Part shown: piece after piece, positions 7,564 to 15,385 of the stretch | Numbering within the stretch: position 1 is the stretch's first letter | How the letters are laid out: each line of letters begins with the position of its first letter | Origin: a virus | Taxonomy: Duplodnaviria > Caudoviricetes | DNA length: 27,807 nt | IMG/VR virus record: IMGVR_UViG_3300017589_000125 | Coordinates: 1-27,807 of that record | Reading direction: 5' to 3' (one strand) | Notes under the pieces: model-generated | What the model was told of the DNA's origin: nothing | The model's input: only the letters and a program-made list of their open reading frames with translations | Database searches by the model: none | Program-made: the position numbers and the translations under genes

Positions 7564-9441
7564 TTACTTAGCAGAGCCTGTGTCTGCTCCGTCCTCGGTA
7601 ATATCATAATACATGGTGTCATGAGGCAGTTTGATATTAGGCACCCAGAGGGTTTTGCCTCTCCAGCCTTTTGTTCCAGTAACTTGATACATAGTCAGGA
7701 CAACTTTATCAAGAAAAGTTCCACCAAGTTGCCAGTCATTTGGCGACAGCAATGCACCCGTTCCCTGTGCTACATTTCTATTGCGGCGGACTATCAGTAT
7801 GCCCTGGCCTGCAGATGCTTCTGAAAGCAAAGTTTCAATTACTGACTGGAATGCAGAAAGTTTAAAATCCGGACTCGGAATAATATGCAACAGTATTTCT
7901 CTTATGAAGCGTAGGTTAACTTGATAGTAAGATTCGTCACTTGAAAAATCTTTCAGCAAATCAGAGATTACATCAATGGAATCATTATCAGGATTAAACG
8001 GATAATAATTTGTGCCACCGGATATGATTTCTACATGGTCGTTGTCCAAGACATTCTTTCTTGTGGGATTCAGGCCGGTAGGATAGTAAATCTTAACATC
8101 CTTAATTCCACGTTCAATCTGCGCGATGATAGAATTGTTAGTGGCATTGATATCGGCAAATAGTTTATAAAGGTGCTCATCAATGAAAATCCTCATCATG
8201 CCAGGGTCACGGTCATAGCCAAACATACGACTGTGTTGCCACATCGTGTCTGCCTGTGGTTTTTTGCTTGTTCTTGTATAATAAATAGTTTGCAGTCCAG
8301 GGAAAGTAACACCGCGTCCTAGTGTATTGCCGCCAATAATAAAATTGCATCCTGCGGCATATTCAGTGCTTGCAATATCATTCTTGCCGTTCATGACAAG
8401 AATTTTTACGCCTTTACTTATTAGAAGGTCTTTTGCGGTGTTGAGTATGGTATTGAAGGACTGCTTTTCTGATTTTATTGGATTCAATGCATCATAGCAT
8501 TTTTGGAGTTCTGTAACGAAATCATCATGAATATGTTCTACGCACCAATTCAGTTCTTTTGTAACCTCATCTGCAAAACGTTGATGAGCCGCTTGTCGGA
8601 CACTCGGATGAAATAAGCAGTTGGATACCTTACCACCAGAAGAAAGTATCTGTGCAGAAACAGTAAGATGTCTCATAACGACACTTCTTGTTGGTCTTTG
8701 AATATTTTCTAAGTAATCGATGCAGTCAGGATTTCCGTTGATTGGAAAGAAGAAGTCTCCTCCTAAATAGCCATTGCCCGGTTGAAAATAGTAGGTAAAA
8801 TACGGATGCCACCCAGATGCCATTGTCTGTAGCAGGATAGCTTGCGGAGTACCAGTGACCTGTAAATACAAACTGCTGGAGGCTCCGTTCTTTATAGCAT
8901 CAAGATACTTGTTGATGGAAGATTGTTTGTCCTTATTTACTAAAGTGTTAAGAGATGCCGCATCAGCTTCATCATCAATAATGAAGAGAGGGTTTCCTTT
9001 CATAAATCCAGTTGAGCCGAAGATATTAGCCCACAGTTTTAATACCCGAACATTTTTCTTCAGCACAACAATGGTAGGTTGCATAAGGCTATTGTCGATA
9101 AAGAGACGAGAATCATTTTCGCCGCATATACAGAAACCATCCAAATCTGTTTTAACTCGGTCTAAGGTTTGTTGCTGAAGAACAACATTATCGGTGGTAA
9201 GTAGAACAAAAGCTGGAAATCCTAAATCAGCGGCTTTGCACATGATGCCAAACATTTGACCTGTTTTTCCAGACTGCACGTTTCCGAATAGAAGACCAAT
9301 CTCATGGCTAGTAAATGAAAAATTTTTAATATGCTGACTTCCCACATCTTCAGCAGTTTTGAAAATTGATTCTGCTAACTTCACATTCCCACGCTCAGTT
9401 ATAGTTTCCAAATATGTTTTTAAATATTTCACCATTGTCAC
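7564..9441 (-). CDS. SF2 helicase-like ATPase with Z1 domain (H/N subunit of a CglI/NgoAVII-type restriction enzyme)
   Basis: GNVQSGKT, IIDDEAD, TGTPQ, LGRGVTFPGL, MWQHSRMFGY; start may be 9435 or 9432. Confidence 0.9.
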   Translation of the reverse strand: MTMVKYLKTYLETITERGNVKLAESIFKTAEDVGSQHIKNFSFTSHEIGLLFGNVQSGKTGQMFGIMCKAADLGFPAFVLLTTDNVVLQQQTLDRVKTDLDGFCICGENDSRLFIDNSLMQPTIVVLKKNVRVLKLWANIFGSTGFMKGNPLFIIDDEADAASLNTLVNKDKQSSINKYLDAIKNGASSSLYLQVTGTPQAILLQTMASGWHPYFTYYFQPGNGYLGGDFFFPINGNPDCIDYLENIQRPTRSVVMRHLTVSAQILSSGGKVSNCLFHPSVRQAAHQRFADEVTKELNWCVEHIHDDFVTELQKCYDALNPIKSEKQSFNTILNTAKDLLISKGVKILVMNGKNDIASTEYAAGCNFIIGGNTLGRGVTFPGLQTIYYTRTSKKPQADTMWQHSRMFGYDRDPGMMRIFIDEHLYKLFADINATNNSIIAQIERGIKDVKIYYPTGLNPTRKNVLDNDHVEIISGGTNYYPFNPDNDSIDVISDLLKDFSSDESYYQVNLRFIREILLHIIPSPDFKLSAFQSVIETLLSEASAGQGILIVRRNRNVAQGTGALLSPNDWQLGGTFLDKVVLTMYQVTGTKGWRGKTLWVPNIKLPHDTMYYDITEDGADTGSAK

Positions 9442-9443
9442 CT

Positions 9444-10598
9444 CTATTCTTCGGTTTCAGTTTCGGAGTCAAACGATAGGAGCCATACATCTAATGCAGT
9501 CCCGTCTTCGGCAAGCGCTGTCTGACCAGTTTTCTTAAAGGCAAGACGATCACAGCCATATTCGTGCAGCATTTCCTGCGTAATCATTCCCTTGCGGTCA
9601 GTATCAAGCTGTGTATCATTTACAGGGGCAACCAATCCAGCGGCAGCAAGACGTCCTTTTAGCCAACGTCCCATAATGAGTTCATCTCCAACGGCACTGA
9701 ATTGCTTGTTATTATCGCTAGTGGTATGTGCCTTAAACCAATATCCATCATCCGTAACAACAAAAAAATGCTTGTTTTTTTCTGGATATCCTTCCATTCG
9801 ATAAACATCAGAGCCTACCGTCAGCTGTGTTTCATACCAATCTCTGGATTTGCGTTTGCTTCGTGGAGCAGCGTAACAGACATTAATATTCGATTTGGTA
9901 TAATGCTTGCCGTCATCAATATGTCGTTCTTCGTATTTAGGAACTTTTAAAGGCAAAAGGAATGATACATAAGCCATACAGCGCCGATAAAAATCTACAT
10001 TTGACTGAGGTACCTGTGTCACGAGTTCAACACCGCTTAAAGCTGTATTAACTTCATGGATAAGAGGCATACCAGATATATCAGCGATATTGGACGAGCA
10101 GTTAGGGGTTTCCAAATCTTCGATATGTTTTGCTAGTTCTTCAACTTCGAATTGTTCCGTAGTAATGGATGCAATTTCGTATTGACGGCGGTTGGATGCC
10201 TCAAGTTTTATTACTCCCAAGTTTGCTGAACCTATGATAGCAGAAAATGGCCTTCCGTCTTTGTAGAAACAGTACAGCTTACCGTGGTACTTAAAAGTTT
10301 TTATCATACGGATTTCGCCAATGTCGGCTGTCAGCCATTTGTTATTGATGCGTACAGCGGTATGATAAGACCCCTCCGGCATACCCTCGATAAAATACAT
10401 TCCAATATTAAGACAAATCTTATTTATTCCGTATTCTGCTACCAACTGTTCCAGTTCTTCCAATGAAGCGAGAGATACATATCCGACAGCAATGTCAACA
10501 CGATCAGCTTTCTTAAGCTGTTCATTAAAACATTCGGTAATGGTCTGCTGTCCTTCGGATGTTCCCAACGGTAATATGTTTGAATACAATAGTTTCAT
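9444..10598 (-). CDS. PLD-family restriction endonuclease, NgoFVII family (R subunit)
   Basis: IAVGY, single HxK motif YHGKLY, GSANL, C-terminal B3-like TDDG region; RBS AAGGAG before ATG 10598. Confidence 0.9.
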   Translation of the reverse strand: MKLLYSNILPLGTSEGQQTITECFNEQLKKADRVDIAVGYVSLASLEELEQLVAEYGINKICLNIGMYFIEGMPEGSYHTAVRINNKWLTADIGEIRMIKTFKYHGKLYCFYKDGRPFSAIIGSANLGVIKLEASNRRQYEIASITTEQFEVEELAKHIEDLETPNCSSNIADISGMPLIHEVNTALSGVELVTQVPQSNVDFYRRCMAYVSFLLPLKVPKYEERHIDDGKHYTKSNINVCYAAPRSKRKSRDWYETQLTVGSDVYRMEGYPEKNKHFFVVTDDGYWFKAHTTSDNNKQFSAVGDELIMGRWLKGRLAAAGLVAPVNDTQLDTDRKGMITQEMLHEYGCDRLAFKKTGQTALAEDGTALDVWLLSFDSETETEE

Positions 10599-10611
10599 GT
10601 GATTACTCCTT

Positions 10612-10833
10612 TCAATCACCTGCAGAAGGTTTATCTTTTATAAGTTCAATAATGTCATAAATGTCACAGTCCAACGCCTCACAGATACGAAGCAGGACAT
10701 CCGTTGTGATATTTGCTCCTTTTCCAAGTTTGGCCACAGATGCAGAGCTGATACCACTAATTTTTTTCAATTCCTGCTTATTCATATTTTTGTCTATAAG
10801 CAGTTTCCAAAGTTTGTTATAACTGAAGTGCAT
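10612..10833 (-). CDS. Small Xre/Cro-like HTH regulator (HTH_26 type)
   Basis: SYNKLWKLLIDKNM...ICEALDC pattern; RBS GGAGG. Confidence 0.9.
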   Translation of the reverse strand: MHFSYNKLWKLLIDKNMNKQELKKISGISSASVAKLGKGANITTDVLLRICEALDCDIYDIIELIKDKPSAGD

Positions 10834-10836
10834 GGA

Positions 10837-12408
10837 CTACCTCCTATACGGTCTTACTTCTCCCCAGTTTTCGCCAAATAATTCATTACCACCTGAATTT
10901 AGCTGTATAACCATAGTGCTGTCTAAGATCTTCTGTATTTTTTCGGTTGGTGCTTCCTGCTTGTCAAACGCAATAAATATTTGTTTGCCACTTTCCATGT
11001 ATAGTCCCATCAGTTTTTCAAGCGGTGCATATCCTATATGATTGAAAATCAAAGAATCGTGTGCTAATACTGGAAGAGGAGTTAGTTTCAATATACTCAT
11101 GTCTAATACAATGAGGCTTTTGTATGAAGTTCCTGTTCCGCTGTCATCTGGAGTCCAAAATGAATATTTGGTTCCGTCCACAAGGTCGATAACAGGTGCT
11201 TTGCGTGTCCCTGCATAAATTATATCATTTAAGCGTACCAGTTCAGCATTTATAGGGGCCTCAACATTACGCAACTCAGCCTCCTGAGCAGAGTTTAAGT
11301 CTGTTTTTGCAGTGGAAACTTCGGCGGCAAAACCTTTTGTGCAGTCAAATGCATCATTTTGTGCTTTTAAATCGTCAATTCGATGGGTAAGTATCGTGTA
11401 GTTGTCTAAAAAAGTTTTAGGTATAGTTGAAGGGATACCAAGTAAACGCTGTTCTTCTTCCAAAAAAGCTATTTCATTATCCAAGGAGGATGTGAGAATC
11501 TTCAATCGCTGGGCCTCATCATTTAATTCGTTATTTAGAATATTCTGCATCTTCCCATGAAAATTTTCAATTTCTGCGATTTTTCGCATATTCATATGAG
11601 GGAAGAATTCAGAAAGTTCAGCTAAATCGGCAGATGTCTGGACGAAACCGCCTTTGATACTGATATTAACGACTTCTAATTGAGATTTAAGACGGCTACG
11701 CTGTCTTCTCAAAGCAGTTATTTTGCCTTTGATTTCAGAGGCTTCATCGGCATGAGAAAGTTCTTCAGCAGATAAATCCCGATCTGTTTTTGCTACGAGC
11801 ATTGCTAACTCTTCTTCTAGTTGTGACAATTCTTTTTCGTTCTTTATGTACTGTGTTTTAGTAGTGGTGGAATAAGGAACAAACTCCAGCTTACGGGCTT
11901 TCTGATAAGCCTTTTTACGCTCATCCTTTAATTTGAGTGCTGTACGGTATTCCTCTATTTTCCAATATACATTAAACAACTTTTCCAAAGCAACAATAGA
12001 AACCTCAGCCTTTTCGCCACTGAAAGATTCAAGAGGCTTCTTTATAGAGTAGTTATCTTTACCGAAGATTCTCAAATATCGTCCTACAACATCTCTGAAA
12101 GTAACATATGGCAAATTAATATTGTACAATTCAAAGAGTTTTTTTCGAAAATCGTTAATACCAATAGCTTCAACTATACTGTAATTTTCATCACAGACAT
12201 TAACAACGGTTCCATTGACAATATCTCTGGAATAGTGATAGATATCACTTCCAAATTTAAACGCAAACATAATCACATGATTACCCATGTGGCGTGCGGC
12301 ATCGGATGTTCTGTAGGTATCTCCGCCAAATGCATAATCAATGATAAGCATAAATGTAGATTTACCTACAGAGTTATCAGCGGCTTTGCCGCCTAATACT
12401 GTATTCAA
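10837..12408 (-). CDS. DUF2326 SMC-like ABC ATPase of an ABC-three-component (Lamassu-like) system; N-terminus apparently truncated
   Basis: Walker A NSVGKST, long coiled coils, SGTG signature, Walker B LAHDS, QIFIAFD. Confidence 0.85.
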   Translation of the reverse strand: MNTVLGGKAADNSVGKSTFMLIIDYAFGGDTYRTSDAARHMGNHVIMFAFKFGSDIYHYSRDIVNGTVVNVCDENYSIVEAIGINDFRKKLFELYNINLPYVTFRDVVGRYLRIFGKDNYSIKKPLESFSGEKAEVSIVALEKLFNVYWKIEEYRTALKLKDERKKAYQKARKLEFVPYSTTTKTQYIKNEKELSQLEEELAMLVAKTDRDLSAEELSHADEASEIKGKITALRRQRSRLKSQLEVVNISIKGGFVQTSADLAELSEFFPHMNMRKIAEIENFHGKMQNILNNELNDEAQRLKILTSSLDNEIAFLEEEQRLLGIPSTIPKTFLDNYTILTHRIDDLKAQNDAFDCTKGFAAEVSTAKTDLNSAQEAELRNVEAPINAELVRLNDIIYAGTRKAPVIDLVDGTKYSFWTPDDSGTGTSYKSLIVLDMSILKLTPLPVLAHDSLIFNHIGYAPLEKLMGLYMESGKQIFIAFDKQEAPTEKIQKILDSTMVIQLNSGGNELFGENWGEVRPYRR

Positions 12409-12644
12409 GCATTCGTTAAAACGAATGACTGGACGAGGTTTGCTTCTTCATCGTAATCAATTTTTTCTAAAGCATACAGAGCATCCAGCACTTCAATAAA
12501 GTCATTGATGCTGGAAAAGTGCTTCTGTAGACGTATATAAAAAATTCCTACGGAGAGAGATTCTTTTTCTAATGATTTCAACACTACAGGAAATTTGGAG
12601 AAGATACTTTCGCTGTAGTTAAATAATTTATTCGGTAATTGCAT
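12405..12644 (-). CDS. ABC-three-component middle component (MC7-like)
   Basis: MQLPNKLFNYSES...FIEVLDALYALEKI; RBS GAGGTG before ATG 12644; sits between the effector and the ATPase. Confidence 0.8.
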   Translation of the reverse strand: MQLPNKLFNYSESIFSKFPVVLKSLEKESLSVGIFYIRLQKHFSSINDFIEVLDALYALEKIDYDEEANLVQSFVLTNA

Positions 12645-13764
12645 CAAACACCTCACATTTCTGCACGAAATACGCTATGACAATTTCACACATATCGCGG
12701 CTGTCGTTCGTGTTGGAGGAAAGCCAGTCAACCAATTTGTCAAAGATAACTGGTTGTTCAAGACCTTTATCCCGGAGATTAAAATAGTTTAGTCTGACCT
12801 GCATACAAAAGGGATCAAAGCGTAATTTGCCCTCTTTGCTTAACTGCTGGAAAATTCCATGAACAGTATTAAAATACTCGCTGACATAAGCTTTGGCTTT
12901 TATGTATAAGGCTCTGTTTACAGGAAGTATTTTCCGCCTAAGTTCAACAGGGTCATAAGTCAACGGAATTATTTTTCCAGGAGGAGTATCTGCAATTTTT
13001 CTAAGCACTCGTTCAACACCCTCCTCAGCTTTTACGCCTGCTAATGCTCCAATAGTTTCCGCTTCTTCCATAAGCAGTTTTTTGATTTCTTCAAGTCGTT
13101 TTATTTTTTCCGCATCCTGCATAAGAAGCAATTTTTTGCTACAGGGTGGACAAAGTGCGATTAAGTTATCAAAGGAATGAGCATCGTGTTCAGGGTTGAT
13201 AATCGTAATGCTGTAGTCCATCTGAGTCTGCCCATTAACGTCAATATATAAAGGATTGCAGCAGTTATCATTAGGACAAATTCCCTTAGTTTCAACTAAT
13301 AGACGTGTCTGATATTTATTTTCATCATCCACAGCTGTGATAATAACTTGGCCGCTTTTGCTAACCGCAGAAGCGGCTTTTTTCTTTTTTGAACTGGCCG
13401 CATCAAGCAGAATTTCTTTAAATGTAATCGCACATATCTCAGGCACATTATAAGTTGTTATTTCGGGTTTATATGGAAGAAGTGCATCACAAAGATTTGA
13501 TGTTGCTGCATCCGGGAGCTCATCAATATAAGAAATAAACTTTTCGGGTTCGATATGTTTATTTATTTTCTTTGCAATTCCAGATATGCCGTTTGTTCCG
13601 TTGAAATAGGACTTAAAGGATGGGAGGGTATACGATTCAACGGGATTATCTTGGTCATACGGGTAATCAGTAATATTTAAAAATAAATCTTGTGTAAACA
13701 CATCTACCTTAGCTCCATCTGCAAATACAGAGTAGAGGGTTTCTGCAAATTGACTAAATTCCAC
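12628..13764 (-). CDS. ABC-three-component effector: unknown helical N-domain, degenerate HNH/Zn ribbon, C-terminal ABC-3C domain
   Basis: CPNDNC...NLIALCPPC; C-terminus EIVIAYFVQKCEVF; RBS AAGGAGG before GTG 13764. Confidence 0.8.
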   Translation of the reverse strand: MEFSQFAETLYSVFADGAKVDVFTQDLFLNITDYPYDQDNPVESYTLPSFKSYFNGTNGISGIAKKINKHIEPEKFISYIDELPDAATSNLCDALLPYKPEITTYNVPEICAITFKEILLDAASSKKKKAASAVSKSGQVIITAVDDENKYQTRLLVETKGICPNDNCCNPLYIDVNGQTQMDYSITIINPEHDAHSFDNLIALCPPCSKKLLLMQDAEKIKRLEEIKKLLMEEAETIGALAGVKAEEGVERVLRKIADTPPGKIIPLTYDPVELRRKILPVNRALYIKAKAYVSEYFNTVHGIFQQLSKEGKLRFDPFCMQVRLNYFNLRDKGLEQPVIFDKLVDWLSSNTNDSRDMCEIVIAYFVQKCEVFDAITE

Positions 13765-13908
13765 GTTGAACAACCTCCTTATCTTCCTATCCGAACATAT
13801 CCAAACATATCTGGCTATGTGAAGTCAAAATTGAAAAAATTATATAATTAGTATTGTAAAGCAAAGGGGAGTTTCTAATTACGAACCCTAATATGCTTAA
13901 ACATATAT

Positions 13909-13937
13909 ATTATATCAAAATTGTTTGCAATTGTCAA
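13909..13937 (-). promoter_or_regulatory. Consensus sigma-A promoter of the leftward defence operon
   Basis: Minus strand TTGACA, 17-nt spacer, TGn-TATAAT (perfect consensus). Confidence 0.85.
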
Positions 13938-13960
13938 GCTAGTGTTCACGAACGGAGATA

Positions 13961-13990
13961 TTTACACGGTGTTTGAAGAAGTTGTATAAA
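13961..13990 (+). promoter_or_regulatory. Putative rightward (early) promoter
   Basis: TTTACA, 18-nt spacer, TATAAA; followed by the hairpin CAGCCG/CGGCTG (14000-14019). Confidence 0.45.
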
Positions 13991-14035
13991 TGAGGTTAAC
14001 AGCCGACCTTAAACGGCTGAATTTATAGATATCAC

Positions 14036-14146
14036 AGGCCTGATTAGCTATAGGGACTGGGATACAAATATTGAAACCGTCATTGTGAAAGCAGTGATGG
14101 GTGCAATAGGAGTGCCCTTATTTCCTCATGCCTAATCAGGCTTTTT
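14036..14146 (+). ncRNA. Structured leader RNA, C4/CI antisense-like cloverleaf
   Basis: Closing stem GCCTGATTAG/CTAATCAGGC; 10-bp hairpin with GAAA tetraloop (14077-14100); second hairpin 14105-14122; unpaired segments complementary to 14166-14186. Confidence 0.6.
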
Positions 14147-14226
14147 CAATTGGTGCACTTCGAACGCACGAACATATTTGTATCCCTTTTCCTCTGCAAG
14201 AACAGGCAGAAAGACGAGGGATTTTT

Positions 14227-14784
14227 ATGAAAATTCGTAAAACAGGAACAGAAGAACGTGGGGTATATAAATACCCAATCAGCGTGGCAGATGGCAAAGG
14301 CGGATACCGCACGGATTACATTACTATTCGACCAGGAGAAAGTGACTTGACCGAAGCATGGATTACCACGATGCACTCTCTCGATGACAGTGAAGTTTAT
14401 TACAACTGTAAAAATGGACATCCACCTTTAACCAAAGAAGAGAAAGCAGCAAAAGAAGAATGGGAGAAAGAACATCCTGGTGAAAAATATCCGACTAACT
14501 GGAATCTATCCCTTGACTATTTAGCTGCTGAAGATTGCAATTCACAAGATAAGAGCAAGATGCTTGAAACGGCTCATTATTCATTACAAGAAGAGGTTTC
14601 CCCCAAGGTGGAGCGTTTGCGTAATGTTGTTGAAACCTTGACACCTCAGCAACAGGAACTATATCAGATGGTAGTTATTCAAAGTATGACGCTTACCGAG
14701 GCGGCAAAAGTTTTAGGTACAAGCATTCCTAATATACACAAGCGTATGAACCGCATTTACGACCAAATAAAGAAAAATTTCTAA
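14227..14784 (+). CDS. Phage sigma-70 region-4 domain protein (sigma-like regulator)
   Basis: C-terminal LTPQQQELY...MTLTEAAKVLGTSIPNIHKRMNRI; RBS GAGGG before ATG 14227. Confidence 0.85.
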   Translation: MKIRKTGTEERGVYKYPISVADGKGGYRTDYITIRPGESDLTEAWITTMHSLDDSEVYYNCKNGHPPLTKEEKAAKEEWEKEHPGEKYPTNWNLSLDYLAAEDCNSQDKSKMLETAHYSLQEEVSPKVERLRNVVETLTPQQQELYQMVVIQSMTLTEAAKVLGTSIPNIHKRMNRIYDQIKKNF

Positions 14785-14798
14785 AAGTTTTTTATAGA

Positions 14799-14835
14799 GG
14801 GTTAAAAAAGAGCACTTTTTCTTTGACTGTGACTT
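14799..14835 (+). promoter_or_regulatory. Bipartite motif copy 1 (candidate phage-sigma promoter)
   Basis: GGGTTAAAA-N10-TTTCTTTGACTGTGACTT, repeated at 19098-19134. Confidence 0.65.
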
Positions 14836-14870
14836 GTAAGGGAGAAAACCTTACAGAAAGAGGTGTAATT

Positions 14871-15062
14871 ATGGCATTGAAACATAAGATTGTCATCAAT
14901 GTTTCAGACCCGAGTGGAAAGAGGGCTACCGTCCTGCGTGGTGCAGATATGAGGTTGCCTTCGAAAATTGCGAAGTTCCTGTTTGGGGATTTCACACAGG
15001 TATATCTTCTAGCACCCGGTCAGACGGTTGAGTCGGTTGATGTAAAAGAAATTATTGAATGA
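14871..15062 (+). CDS. Small phage hypothetical protein
   Basis: RBS GAGGTG; MALKHKIVINVS...LLAPGQTVESVDVKE. Confidence 0.75.
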   Translation: MALKHKIVINVSDPSGKRATVLRGADMRLPSKIAKFLFGDFTQVYLLAPGQTVESVDVKEIIE

Positions 15063-15070
15063 GGCACACA

Positions 15071-15385
15071 ATGAGTAAAGTAAAACTAATGTTAGAAGTA
15101 ATTTCAGATGTTCGTTCATTGGCAAATAGCTTGCAGGCAGTATGTGATGCAATGATGGAGAACGAGCCTATTCCTGCAAAAGAGCCAAAAGCAAAGAAAC
15201 CTACTCCGAAAAAGGAAATCACACTAGAGGAAGTAAGAGCAAAACTTGCAGAGCTTAGTCAATCGGGCAAAACGGCGCAGGTTCGTGACCTCATCAAAAA
15301 GTATGGTGGCACAAAGCTTAGTGATATTGACGCTACACATTACTTTGACATTTTAAAAGATGTTGAGGATATTGCCAATGAGTAG
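15071..15385 (+). CDS. Phage hypothetical protein of the DUF2800/DUF2815 module
   Basis: ITLEEVRAKLAELSQSG...YGGTKLSDID motif; RBS GAGG. Confidence 0.8.
   Translation: MSKVKLMLEVISDVRSLANSLQAVCDAMMENEPIPAKEPKAKKPTPKKEITLEEVRAKLAELSQSGKTAQVRDLIKKYGGTKLSDIDATHYFDILKDVEDIANE

Noticed and set aside
7540-11041. Plus-strand ORFs over the restriction operon
   Set aside because: Antisense shadows
13940-14185. CGAAC words as possible LexA (SOS) boxes
   Set aside because: None completes GAAC-N4-GTTC
14128-14226. Longer N-terminus of the sigma-like ORF
   Set aside because: No RBS and overlaps the structured RNA; ATG 14227 has an SD
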